NCBI RefSeq assembly: GCF_001194135.2
Contig: NC_068985.1
Span: 28,776,444 to 28,816,017, forward strand
Direction of reading: 5' to 3'
DNA length: 39,574 bases
DNA from: Octopus bimaculoides
Lineage: Eukaryota
Part shown: piece by piece, positions 12,340-23,862 of the stretch
Position numbering within the stretch: the first letter of the stretch is position 1
Layout: every line of letters begins with the position of its first letter
Made by a program: the position numbers and the translations under genes
The notes under the pieces: model-generated
Told to the model about the DNA's origin: nothing
The model's input: the letters and a program-made list of their open reading frames with translations, nothing else
The model's database searches: none

Positions 12340-12534
12340 AAGGCCTGAAATTTTGAGAGGAGTGGACTAGTCGATTACATCGGCCCTAGTGTTTCACTGG
12401 TATTTAATTTATCGACCCCGAAAGGATGAAAGGCAAAGTCGACCTCGGCGGAATTTGACCTCAGAACATAGCAACGGGCGAAATACTGCTAAGCTTTACG
12501 ACAGGCGTGCTAACGATTCTGCCAGCTCGCTGCC
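12340..12534 (-). mobile_element. SINE family A, well-preserved copy
   Basis: Reverse complement reads ggcagcgagctggcagaatcgttagcacgcc...gaggtcaaattccgccgaggtcgactttgcctttcatcctttcggggtcgataaa...aaaatttcaggccttgtg. Confidence 0.88.
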
Positions 12535-12630
12535 TTTGATGAGAAGTAATATGAGAGAAACAGTTACAATGTTTACAGATTTTTAAAGTATGAAAAATGT
12601 ATCTTGTAAGGTGTGGATTTCTATAGATGC

Positions 12631-12680
<50 letters not shown>

Positions 12681-13660
12681 NNNNNNNNNNNNNNNNNNNN
12701 NNNNNNNNNNNNNNNNNNNNNNNNNNNNNNNNNNNNNNNNNNNNNNNNNNNNNNNNNNNNNNNNNNNNNNNNNNNNNNNNNNNNNNNNNNNNNNNNNNNN
12801 NNNNNNNNNNNNNNNNNNNNNNNNNNNNNNNNNNNNNNNNNNNNNNNNNNNNNNNNNNNNNNNNNNNNNNNNNNNNNNNNNNNNNNNNNNNNNNNNNNNN
12901 NNNNNNNNNNNNNNNNNNNNNNNNNNNNNNNNNNNNNNNNNNNNNNNNNNNNNNNNNNNNNNNNNNNNNNNNNNNNNNNNNNNNNNNNNNNNNNNNNNNN
13001 NNNNNNNNNNNNNNNNNNNNNNNNNNNNNNNNNNNNNNNNNNNNNNNNNNNNNNNNNNNNNNNNNNNNNNNNNNNNNNNNNNNNNNNNNNNNNNNNNNNN
13101 NNNNNNNNNNNNNNNNNNNNNNNNNNNNNNNNNNNNNNNNNNNNNNNNNNNNNNNNNNNNNNNNNNNNNNNNNNNNNNNNNNNNNNNNNNNNNNNNNNNN
13201 NNNNNNNNNNNNNNNNNNNNNNNNNNNNNNNNNNNNNNNNNNNNNNNNNNNNNNNNNNNNNNNNNNNNNNNNNNNNNNNNNNNNNNNNNNNNNNNNNNNN
13301 NNNNNNNNNNNNNNNNNNNNNNNNNNNNNNNNNNNNNNNNNNNNNNNNNNNNNNNNNNNNNNNNNNNNNNNNNNNNNNNNNNNNNNNNNNNNNNNNNNNN
13401 NNNNNNNNNNNNNNNNNNNNNNNNNNNNNNNNNNNNNNNNNNNNNNNNNNNNNNNNNNNNNNNNNNNNNNNNNNNNNNNNNNNNNNNNNNNNNNNNNNNN
13501 NNNNNNNNNNNNNNNNNNNNNNNNNNNNNNNNNNNNNNNNNNNNNNNNNNNNNNNNNNNNNNNNNNNNNNNNNNNNNNNNNNNNNNNNNNNNNNNNNNNN
13601 NNNNNNNNNNNNNNNNNNNNNNNNNNNNNNNNNNNNNNNNNNNNNNNNNNNNNNNNNNNN
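12681..13660. other. Largest assembly gap; others at 4826-5385, 25009-25018, 27881-28193, 29356-29747, 31808-32534, 33864-34079, 38552-38561 and 38857-38866
   Basis: N-runs, almost all bordered by microsatellites. Confidence 1.
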
Positions 13661-13710
13661 ATATATATACATGTTATGTTTTCATATGTCTCCTGTATTC
13701 TTTAATTCAG

Positions 13711-13842
13711 AGCCTCCCGAACGGCCTCTTCACTTGAAACTAGAGAGTCGTGCCAGTCGTTCTATGAATATATCCTGGGACGAACCTTATAATGGCAACA
13801 GTTACATCACATCGTACGTGCTGCAATTCAAGAATGAATCTG
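13711..13842 (+). CDS. Dscam: Dscam exon, FN3-1 N-terminal half (phase 1 to 1)
   Basis: tttaattcag / gtaagc; (E)PPERPLHLKLESRASRSMNISWDEPYNGNSYITSYVLQFKNES. Confidence 0.95.
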
Positions 13843-14315
13843 GTAAGCTAACTATATCTGAGAAAACAGAGACCTTCATTGTAATCAGCGGAAATGTGTA
13901 TGATGGGTTTAACGTGGTATGGGTTGTTATATTCTATTTTCGTTCACACTTCTGGTAATTAGGAAGGAACTATATCCATGACCTCGCAGCATAGACATTT
14001 ATCTAAGTCTAATATGAACTATAGAAATAAAAACAAGATAACGCGTCACGATGCTCTTCACCGATTGAGCTAAACTCCCCCACTACAAATTCCTCTGCAA
14101 ATTTAAGATAAATAGAAATCTCGCTTTATGAGACGCTATTATACGTTAAATTCAAATTACGACAAACTTAAACAAACAAACGAAGTTTGGTTTTAGAAGC
14201 GTTGAGATGTCTAAGAAAGTTAAAGAAGTGATTTTAAATTCTCAATCGCAGGATAATGCTAATAATATAGACTGAACAGGGTAAACTACCCCTATTTTGC
14301 AGAAAAAAGTGTAGG

Positions 14316-14405
14316 TGGTTAGCTGTGGACTCGAACTCACATCTCCGTGATTACGCGTCACGATGCTCTTGACCGATTGAGCTAAACTCCTCCCCTACAA
14401 ATTCC
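14316..14405 (-). other. tRNA-like sequence (anticodon CGT, Thr-like) with intact Pol III A and B boxes; probably a SINE head or tRNA pseudogene
   Basis: Minus strand tagctcaatcggtcaagagc (D stem gctc/gagc), cgtga-cgcgtaa-tcacg anticodon arm, gagttcgagtcc B box. The acceptor stem does not pair, position 33 is G, and there is one extra base before the anticodon stem. Confidence 0.6.
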
Positions 14406-14491
14406 TAGTTTAAGCTTCCCTTAACTGCTATATGAGAAAGAAAGAGGCCAGACATTCATCCAAACTCATTTTGTGTTTGCTCTATTTACAG

Positions 14492-14665
14492 ATATTTGGA
14501 AACCAGCTCCGTCCAATGTGACTGTCATAGCAACAGATGCTATTCCAGCAGGTAGTATTTCAGGTTTACATCCGTCCTATAAATACCAAATTCGCGCCTT
14601 AGCTATAAATGCAATTGGAATTGGGTCACCCAGCACGGTCATAACTGTGTCAACTGATGAAGAAG
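14492..14665 (+). CDS. Dscam: Dscam exon, FN3-1 C-terminal half (phase 1 to 1)
   Basis: tatttacag / gtaaat; (D)IWKPAPSNVTVIATDAIPAGSISGLHPSYKYQIRALAINAIGIGSPSTVITVSTDEE. Confidence 0.95.
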
Positions 14666-15032
14666 GTAAATATGAAGAAAAATTTTATTATCACATTCGT
14701 CAAAATTTTGCATAAATCAGGCAAGATAATGCAGAATTATTTTCTTTCTCCCTCGACATTGTGTATTTAGCATATTCCTCACATATAATGCATTTGCATT
14801 AGTGTTTACATTTCCTCCTCTCTATGTTCTTCCTTCAAATCACGCCAATGGCCTGGTTGTGATTCGGTAAATGGGGGAACCTCAACGTAGTCACTTAACC
14901 TAATATAAATAGCAACCACCAAATCTCCCATGAATAGCACTCTAATGTATTGAAAAAGGACAGATTGGATAATTTAACTCCAGATTATTATTAGAGACAG
15001 TACCGATTGAAACGTAGTGTAAATATAGATGT

Positions 15033-15180
15033 GCGCAGGTGTGGTAGTGTGGTTCACAACTCCGTGGTTTTGGTTTTTAAGTCGATTCCATTGAGCGCTA
15101 CTTTCGGCAGGTGCCTTCGCAGTTTCGGGTCTATGGAAGTCCCGTGAAAAAAAATTTGGTGGAGGCTAACTGTATGAGAT
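15033..15180 (+). mobile_element. SINE family B head, diverged
   Basis: gcgcaggtgtggtagtgtggtt...actttcggcaggtgccttc...atttggtggaggctaactg aligns loosely to the reverse complement of the 30620-30995 copy. Confidence 0.55.
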
Positions 15181-15643
15181 ATTTTGTGTTATTGGTAGGC
15201 GTAAACCATTGTCCAGTTAAACAAAATCATCTCACTTAAATTCCAGTCTATTGCTAGCATATGAACTGGGTCGCCTGTCTCAGAACATCCTCCAACCAGT
15301 CTGCAAGACCTTGAAAAATGTGAATGTTGCTGGCCTTGTTCCTTTGGATCATAGGTATGATCTGTCGGAGCTGACCTGGCATTGAAATAATCGTCATTGT
15401 TTCAGTCGTTTAAGCTCGAAATAATTAGTCTCTTCACAAGATAACAAATCAATAATAGCTGATAGTATATACAAGAATTTGCTAAGCTTCAAACTAATGT
15501 TATTTACTCTCTAGAAATACATTGTCCACCAACAACTGAACTGAGATATTATTTAAGGTTTTACTTAAGTTTAATGCAGGTTGTATTACGTTTGTATTAC
15601 GTTTTCTTTTTTTAATTTATACGTTTCAACCCTTTTCTTACAG

Positions 15644-15714
15644 TGCCTTCAGGACCACCTACAGACGTTAGAGTACAAGCAAGCGGATCAACATCCTTAA
15701 AAGTCACTTGGCGG
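15644..15714 (+). CDS. Dscam: Dscam exon, FN3-2 N-terminal part (phase 1 to 0)
   Basis: ttttcttacag / gtacgg; (V)PSGPPTDVRVQASGSTSLKVTWR. Confidence 0.93.
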
Positions 15715-15850
15715 GTACGGAGGTATTTTGTTTCTCTGATAATAATCATTATTAATTATTTTATAGCTGTCCTGACGATGAAAGGCAAATTAGTTAGAGT
15801 GCCTGACAAATTACTTTGCAGTGTTATTTAGGTACGGCCTTTTAAAATTT

Positions 15851-16070
15851 CAGCTGGTAAGATTGTTACCACACTGGGGAAATGCTCAGCAGCATTTCGT
15901 CTATCTTTATGTTCTGAGTTCAATTTCCGCTGAGGTCGACGTTATCTTTCTTCCTTTCAGGGTCGATAAAATAAGTGCCAATCACGCACTGGGTTCGATG
16001 TAAGCGACTAGCCTCTCCCCTAAATTTCGGGCCGTGTGCCTAGAGTAGAAAGGATTATTATTATTATTAT
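15851..16070 (+). mobile_element. SINE family A with (ATT)n tail, followed by (AGT)n
   Basis: gttctgagttcaatttccgctgaggtcgac...gggtcgataaaataagtgcca...aaatttcgggccgtgtgcctagagtagaaaggattattatt. Confidence 0.88.
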
Positions 16071-16073
16071 TAT

Positions 16074-16105
<32 letters not shown>

Positions 16106-16409
16106 TGGGAAAGGATTTACCAGATTGCGTGGATAAAATCGAGTTAATTCAGTATTACTGTTTTCAGTTATACTTCCCAGTGTTTAATGTTTCATGTGAT
16201 TTTAATAATGATTAAGAAAAACATTTACATTACAAATTTATTTCTAAAATTCAGATGAAATTTAAATCATTGCCGTTCTTATTTCGTACTTGTTTCCAAA
16301 TAAACTGCAATTAACTTTGCCTATACTAATGTCGCATTACTTACAGATGACTGTTACTCAAATGTTTGTAGTGAATTGTTCCTAATTGTACCACTTTTAA
16401 TAACTGCAG

Positions 16410-16647
16410 GCTCCTCTCTACCAAGAACAAAATGGCAAAATCTTGGGTTACTATATTGGATACAAACGACACAATTCCAGTGATTCGTATGTTTATCGAA
16501 AAAAGCTGACTGAAAATAACAGCGATTTGGAACAACAGATCAAAGATCTTTTGAAATTCACTCGTTACGACCTCCATGTCCGTGCTTACAATTCAAAAGG
16601 TTTAGGACCAATAACAGACGATGTAACAGCTTTTACTTTAGAAGACG
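16410..16647 (+). CDS. Dscam: Dscam exon, FN3-2 C-terminal part (phase 0 to 1)
   Basis: aactgcag / gtgagt; APLYQEQNGKILGYYIGYKRHNSSDSYVYRKKLTENNSDLEQQIKDLLKFTRYDLHVRAYNSKGLGPITDDVTAFTLED. Confidence 0.95.
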
Positions 16648-16744
16648 GTGAGTATAAAACATAACGCAAATCTTTGGTACACGCATGAATTACGATAATT
16701 CAGTAAAATTGCCTTTCTTTTTTGTGTGGTATTTGTTTGATTCA

Positions 16745-17088
16745 TTAGACTGCGATCTTCCTAGGATACCGCTTTGAGTCATTTTGTACTTATAATCGAA
16801 CCCAATTGCCGAACAGCTATGCTACGAAGAAATAAACGAACCAACAGAGGTTTTGAAGTGGTGATGGGCGACAAAACACACACACAAACACGCACACATA
16901 CATACATACATACATACATACATACATACATACATACGACTCTACACAGTTTCCATCTACCAAATTAATTCACAAGGCATTGGTCGGTCCAAGTCTATAG
17001 CAGAAGACACGGTGTCGCGCAGGGAGCTTGAAACCGAAACCACTTGGTTGCAAAGTGAGTTTCTTAACTGCACAACCATGCCTGCGTC
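16745..17088 (-). mobile_element. SINE family B with internal CA/CATA microsatellite
   Basis: cagtttccatctaccaaattaattcacaaggcattggtcggtccaagtctatagcagaagacac...gaaaccgaaaccacttggttgcaaag. Confidence 0.78.
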
Positions 17089-18023
17089 TAGTAGCTAAGA
17101 TCCCTCGTATGACACGTGTTCTTGTTAAAGCAGGAAAGATAAATATGATATGAATCTTTGCATGATCTTGCCAGAAGAAAAGATGAGATAGCCATGGCTG
17201 GTAATAAGAGTGCACGATTCGAAATATCTAGAACTATGCAACAAAAACAACGAAAGTTATTTAATTAATCAATTACGTCACGACACAGGAATAGCTGTAG
17301 AGATGGTGTGTTATTTGTAGTGATTCTTCATAGTATCTTGTCCACATTAAAGAGACATTAGCTATCAAACGTGAAGTCTGTTTTGTTTCAACCAATTGAC
17401 AACACCTAGTATAATTCACCCGAGAATATTTCATCTATTTTCATTAGTAAAGTTGAATATTTTCAGTGGTAATACGATAATCCAGTATGCTATATACAAA
17501 AAGGGCTTTTACTCCCATTTGCTAAACGATACGAACAATAGAGTTGACTACCAGACATTCTTGATATTTCATATTTAGGGAGATTTAGGCTTTTATGAAA
17601 TGTTTTGTTTATACATTACGGGAAATGAGTTAACCTAAAAACTAGGATACCAAGATACATATCTGAGTTTTTCCCTTTCGTCAGAGGAAGAAGGCAGCAC
17701 TCATTATTACCGTTCTGTGAAGTCTCCTAACACGTGTACAAACTTTCGGGCCCTCAGTAGTCACTACATCCAGTCCCTCCTTCTGGTAAGGGTGATATCG
17801 TTTCTTTGGAGTTCCCGCCCTACTCGCGTATTTCTTATTAATAAAGGTCCGAAGAGAATATTACTAGCATCAAACCTTGCAGACACAGGTTAAACTTCGA
17901 AGTTACAAACACATATTATTTCTGTTTAATAAATCATCTAGGCCTGTACTTATGCGTGAATCAATGAATTACGTTCTTTATATTAAAATATCTTTAAAGG
18001 CAATTTGTTCAAATTAATTTCAG

Positions 18024-18170
18024 TACCCAGTTTGCCACCTCAGGAAGTCCGCATTCGTGATATAAATCCCGACAATATCCGAATATCATGGGTTGAACCA
18101 CCGTATTACACCGTTCAAGGTGTGCTCCAAGGCTATAAAGTCCTTTATAAGGAAGTACGAGCTGATGAAG
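18024..18170 (+). CDS. Dscam: Dscam exon, FN3-3 N-terminal half (phase 1 to 1)
   Basis: aatttcag / gtaaat; (V)PSLPPQEVRIRDINPDNIRISWVEPPYYTVQGVLQGYKVLYKEVRADE. Confidence 0.95.
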
Positions 18171-18493
18171 GTAAATCATATCTTTTATACTTTTATTTTT
18201 GCAAGAAAAATAAGTAGATAGAGCAGGAGGGAGGGCGAATCAATCTCAATACTTGACAGGTACGTTATTTATTGACTGCTAAGGAATAAAGGATGAAATT
18301 GGCCTCAGAGTGTACAAAGCTGATGTAAGTACCTCAATGCACTCTGTCCTAACTTGTAACGACACTGCAAACTCACTGCTCTGCGTAGCCACTCGATGTA
18401 GTAGAAATTTCATCCACATAGTGGTGGGTCTCCGTCGCTTGGCGATTAAGGTCCAGTGGTTCTTTCAAATGAGTAATGTATAAGCGACAGCAT

Positions 18494-18708
18494 GCAGTGA
18501 GCTGGCAGGGTCACTAACATGCCGATCAAAATGCTTGGCGGCATTTCATCCGTCTTTACATTCTGAATTCACATAGCCGCCGAGATCAACTTTGCCTTTC
18601 ATATCAGGGTCGATGAAATAAATACCAGTCAAGCACTCGGATCAATGTAATCAACTAGAGTCATTTCTCCAAAATTTCAGGCCTTAAGTCTATAGCAGAA
18701 AGGATTAT
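18494..18708 (+). mobile_element. SINE family A
   Basis: gagctggcagggtcactaacatgccg...tttgcctttcat...gggtcgatgaaataaataccag...aaaatttcaggcctt...gaaaggattat. Confidence 0.82.
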
Positions 18709-19254
18709 GCATAAGTGATTGAGTATTCTACAATCACGAGTACTTTTAAAGTTATTCTTGGGCACAATGAGCCTGACATGGGGTGTGACAAGGCTGAATC
18801 ATTTAAATTACAGGTGGAATCAACTCGGCTAATTTTAATAGTTTTCCTCTAACCAATTCCACTCACATCGTATGACACTAGCCTGAGATGCCATGCAAAG
18901 AAATCGAACCCAGAACCTTGATAACGAAGCCATGGTGCACCTATTTCAGATACGTGTATCTCAGTTTTAAAAAGGACATATCAAATAAAGCAGTTTGAGA
19001 CAAACTATATCTGACAGAATGGTCATGGCTAGAATGTTTTGGCCAGTCATCTGACCATGCCTCCAACAACTATTATCTTAATATGTTTATTGACTATCTT
19101 GATCAATATTTTTCAATGTGGGCGCACCACCTCATTGGAGGATGGAAAATTTTAAATGGGAAGTAGGGACAAAGTGGGGTAGGTTAATAGATGCATCTTT
19201 TAATTACTGTAGTTGTCAAACATATTTTCGATTTTTATATATTGGTTTCAAATC

Positions 19255-19450
19255 TTGACACAACGCCAGCAATTTCGGGTTGTTGGGGTGGGGAGTCAAT
19301 GTTTTACCAGTACCAGTACTTATTTTATCGACCCCGAAGGATGAAAGGCAAAGTCGGTCTCAGCGGAATTTGAACTCAGAACGTGAAGAGGGACGAAATA
19401 CCGCCAAGCATGATGCCCGGCGTGCTAACGATTCTGCCACCTTGCCGCCC
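19255..19450 (-). mobile_element. SINE family A
   Basis: Plus strand ttttatcgaccccgaaggatgaaaggcaaagtcggtctcagcggaatttgaactcagaacg...cgtgctaacgattctgcca is the reverse complement of the family head. Confidence 0.85.
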
Positions 19451-19668
19451 TAATCACCTGGTAATATTAGCGGCAGAAAAGTTTTGACATTAAGGAAATT
19501 ATTTATGTATACGAAGACTTTTAAGGCCGATCAACATTTTGGAAGCAATTTTTTCCTTCTTTCTTCGTATTATCGTAGTTACTAAAACAAATATGATAAT
19601 TATAAACGACGTTTGAGAAACACTGATTTTGATATTTTCTATCGTTACAACTGTATTTAATCTCACAG

Positions 19669-19824
19669 ATGAAACGGAAGCCAGTTATGTAACAACCTCC
19701 AAGCTAGAGACTGTTGTTCCAGATCTTAAAAAATATACCAACTACAGCATTCAAGTGTTGGCCTACACTATTATGGGAGAAGGAGTAAGAAGTGAGCCTA
19801 TCGACATAAGGACGAGAGAAGATG
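19669..19824 (+). CDS. Dscam: Dscam exon, FN3-3 C-terminal half (phase 1 to 1)
   Basis: tctcacag / gtaaga; (D)ETEASYVTTSKLETVVPDLKKYTNYSIQVLAYTIMGEGVRSEPIDIRTRED, typical Dscam LKKYTNYS.QVLA.T..G.G.RS. Confidence 0.96.
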
Positions 19825-20217
19825 GTAAGATATCTTTGCAGAAAATATTAAATTTTTCCTTATATTTCCTTAAATATTTCAGGATACTTTCAGGATACAT
19901 AACATAATACTTGTGTGTATATGTATGTATGTACTTGTGTGTATATGTATGTATGTCTATATAGTATACATGTTTTAATATATACGCATATATATATGAG
20001 TGTGTGTGTGTGTGTGTTATAATTTTCCTTGAATCTTTCTTTTAACTCGAAAAAGACCTTCCTTCACAATCTTTCGGTCGTAAGTCTGGACTTTTTGGAG
20101 GCGTTGTGCGTCCACCATATTTAAATGCTCAATTGATAATACATTGCTGAACATCTATACATTATCGCAATTCAGTAAATTCATTCTATTGATGATATGT
20201 GTGTCGGTTTACATATG

Positions 20218-20248
<31 letters not shown>

Positions 20249-20327
20249 GTGCATGCGTGTGTGGCATTTTATGACAATAGGTATATTTAAACAGTTCATC
20301 GTAACATGCCCTGCCTTACCGTTTCAG

Positions 20328-20467
20328 TACCGTCACAGCCACCTAATGTGAAAGTTATCACTGAAAATCGAAATACAGTTTTGCTTCTGTGGGAACCTCC
20401 GGTCCACCAGAATGGCATTCTCATCAAATACATAATCCGTTATTCAAACAGTTCAAGAGGCCCTCCG
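20328..20467 (+). CDS. Dscam: Dscam exon, FN3-4 N-terminal half (phase 1 to 0)
   Basis: gtttcag / gttagt; (V)PSQPPNVKVITENRNTVLLLWEPPVHQNGILIKYIIRYSNSSRGPP. Confidence 0.93.
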
Positions 20468-20558
20468 GTTAGTAAATACTTATTCTACTATATCAGAATC
20501 ATTTAATAGTATTTGTTTGTTGAGTCAGCTGGTTTAAGAGTATCTAGTTTTATATATC

Positions 20559-20589
<31 letters not shown>

Positions 20590-20624
20590 AAGAGAGAGAT
20601 AGATAGAGAAAGAGAGAGAGATAT

Positions 20625-20676
<52 letters not shown>

Positions 20677-22193
20677 GGATGAGAAGATGGACAAACAATT
20701 ATAAACGACAATATTTCATTTATATGAAATGTCACATATACGCAATGCTATTACAAAAATAAAATAATTCTTTACAGCTGTTTCAAAGAATGGGTCATTG
20801 GTTGAAGGCTATATTGTATATCATGCAAACATTCATGTGTGCATATTGAAGTAAAACTATATACAGAAATTAAGCAGAAATATATTCAAATATGTTAATA
20901 TCTTCAAGCTGGAAACAATGAGTCACTAGATTGAATTAGCGTCTTCTCCCCCACCCCAGTCTGCATGTGTGCGCACGCGCGTCTTAGATGTGAATTGTTA
21001 GTTCTCCGTTTGCATGCTTGAGAAATGAACACGACAGAGACAAGCAAAGGTTATCGATTGGAGCACAACAGTTCCCCTTCTACAGTTATTTTTGATGGTA
21101 TGTATCTCAGCACATTACCTGGAACTAACAAAGCTGCTGACAACTGCTGCTATCTTCAGTAGGCTGGATAATAACTGGTGTGTTTGTGCACTTCAGTATT
21201 CCTACAATCTGAAATTAAAATATGTATTGAAAATCAAATTTTGCAAACAGTATTCCAAACAATTTACGGATAGTCATGTCTGGAAAGCTGGTAGAACACG
21301 GTTAACGTATGTTGTGGATATATGTAAAGTAAAATGAAGATTAGAGTTCCTGAAAACTAAACCTCTAAGAAAGAGTAATTAAGCAAAAGGTTTAGTTAAG
21401 ATCAGGTGTATAAAGTGTAGAATGTTTGAAGATGATAGGAAAGAAAGATGGAATAGAATTAAGTGAACAATGTCCGTGATGGTGCTAATGGTATCAGAGA
21501 AATTTGAAGCTTGAAAAGTATTTGTCGTGGGGTGGTTTGTAAACAGATATACGGCGACACCTATATTCTAGTTGCACTCCAGGGAATGTATGTTTGTGTA
21601 AATATATGTGACTGTAGAGAAAGGCTCTGTAAAAACTATGTAATGCTAAAGGTTAACGTACATTCTCTATCTAATGAATAAAACGCTTTCTTTGTAACGC
21701 AATTTCGATTATGTAAGGATGATGTGATAGGAAATAGATTCCATTGTAGTAATGGAATACTTATGAACCAGAGTTCAGTGAAATGCTAACTTCTTCGAGA
21801 AAGACTGATTAAAATCACCATAGAATCCAAAGAACCAAAATCCTCATAGTATTCAAAGGATTAAAATATATTAAATGTTTAATGTTCTTTTGAATCAGAA
21901 AATCTCGTCAATACACAGGGTTCTATTCTGAGTCGAATCGTTGGTGTAACCATGCTGATCTGATGAGCTAGCTTTCTTAATTTGCGTTGATTTGTGAATA
22001 TACTAATGTATTTTGTAACGCCGGTTATACATATTAATACAAACACATAAGCATGATTTCTTCCACACTGAAGAAGGTTGCCAAAGAACCATAATCTTAA
22101 GGATCTTACGTGATTAAATAAATATATTTTTACCTTTCAGACCTCCTGACTTACATTGATTTTATTCTTATTTACTTATTTTTATTTATTCAG

Positions 22194-22353
22194 AATAAAA
22201 AGAGTCCAAAACTGGAAATTAAAGCTCGAAGGACAAGTTATATGATAAGTCGTTTGTTAGAAGGACAGGAGTACATGTTTACAGTGAGCGCATGTACATA
22301 TGTTGGTGAAAGCCTTCCGAGCGATGTGGTTCGAGCAACCCCAACTGACAAAG
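22194..22353 (+). CDS. Dscam: Dscam exon, FN3-4 C-terminal half (phase 0 to 1)
   Basis: tttatttattcag / gtattt; NKKSPKLEIKARRTSYMISRLLEGQEYMFTVSACTYVGESLPSDVVRATPTDK. Not in the ORF track. Confidence 0.92.
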
Positions 22354-23485
22354 GTATTTCAGACAAAGACTTTTCATTTCCATTTTACTTTATTCTGTAT
22401 GTTTATAATTTGCATTAAATATATAGGCACAAATGCTGATATATTCAATGTAAATACATCAGGTAAGTAGAGCTTTGGAAAAATATCTCTTGGTCTATAT
22501 TTCATTATATTCCCCAACTAATAATACACTACTAATATACTGAAAAAGGTACAACAAATTGGGCTCCTTCTTTTCAGTTATATTCTTGTCGGCAATGTAA
22601 CTAAATAAATTTCCTGCTTTGCAAGAAGATAGATGCTACTTGTCATGCATTCATTAAGAATAAGTTCTATATGGAGCGAGTTTATGATCTCGTCTTATTC
22701 TCTTATTGTAACAATGTCATTATACAAAGATTAATAGTGCCTTCATCACAACTTATTTTTATTTCCTAAATTGTCACAAGCTATATGGATATGTTTAGAA
22801 CAACAGTTTATTTATGATCCTTAGTATTGAGCAAAGGAAAAATAGACTACACCCGAACTGTTTCGTCTGAGAATTTTTTTTCCAATCCTCTCGAAATGAT
22901 AGAATACTTTTAAGGCTTATATAATAGTGGTGTTCATTCTAGTGACTTTAACGCTTACAACCTACGGCAATTGATTTGTGACTTCTCATATGTCATGTAT
23001 ATTTACTCATATTTCTTTAGTGCCAGTTATATATTGAATAAATCTAGTGTCTTTGAACATCTAGTAATTTTCTTTTAGGAAATGGTAGATATGATGCTGA
23101 GATAAATTCGTGGTAAAAAGTGTTCGTGACCCATATTTTAACATCTAGTTTAATGCCATTTCTTCTACAGTAGCTATGCCTTAATTTACAGTCCTATATA
23201 TTTCAATATTTCATGTTTATCTTAATGATATTTGCTTTCTTTCTTCTAAACGTGATAATAAAAAGTCTGTTACAAACAATCCAAAATAAGAGTGCAGCTT
23301 TGTAATGCGTGCATTTGCACATACATATTTGGATAAGTGATTCTCTGTTATATAAAGTGAATTGGTACGTAAAGTGGGTTTTTGCATTCGCATGCAGATT
23401 ATACATTTCTGCACATTGAGACTATAGAAATGCATTTACGAGTACTTAGAAATATACAGTTCTATATTTAAGAGATGAGGAATTA

Positions 23486-23545
23486 TTAACATTATTTACA
23501 TTATTTACATTTGACGTCAAATGTAAATAATGTAAATAATGTTAA
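23486..23545. repeat. 60-bp perfect palindrome with no spacer, centred on TGACGTCA
   Basis: ttaacattatttacattatttacatttgac|gtcaaatgtaaataatgtaaataatgttaa; checked base by base. Confidence 0.95.
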
Positions 23546-23664
23546 CTTAGAAATATGTTTCAAGGGAATTAACACCTTTTATGTTATATTTTGCATATAA
23601 GAGTTCTCTCCCTTGGAATAGTTAATTTAAATTCAATTTTCCCCTCTTAATATTGATTTACGAA

Positions 23665-23862
23665 AAGGCAGCAAATTGGCAGAATCGTTCGCGCGCAAAG
23701 CAAAACGTTTAGCGGCATTTCGTTAGTCTTTAGGTTCCGAGTTCAAATTCCTTTGCAGTCGCCTTTGCCTTTTATCTTTTCGGGTTGATAAAATAAGTAC
23801 CAGTTATACACTGGGGCGGTGTAATCAACTTCTTCCCTCCCTTGAAATTGCTGGCCTTGTAT
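23665..23862 (+). mobile_element. SINE family A
   Basis: ttggcagaatcgttcgcgcg...gagttcaaattcc...cgggttgataaaataagtaccagtt...gaaattgctggccttgt. Confidence 0.82.

Noticed and set aside
20962-21016. Two TGCATG (RBFOX) motifs within 55 bp
   Set aside because: The total count in the window is near the expectation from base composition.
21086-21098. 13-nt segment with a good acceptor (ccccttctacag) and donor (gtatgt)
   Set aside because: Not a multiple of 3, and such pairs arise by chance in AT-rich introns.
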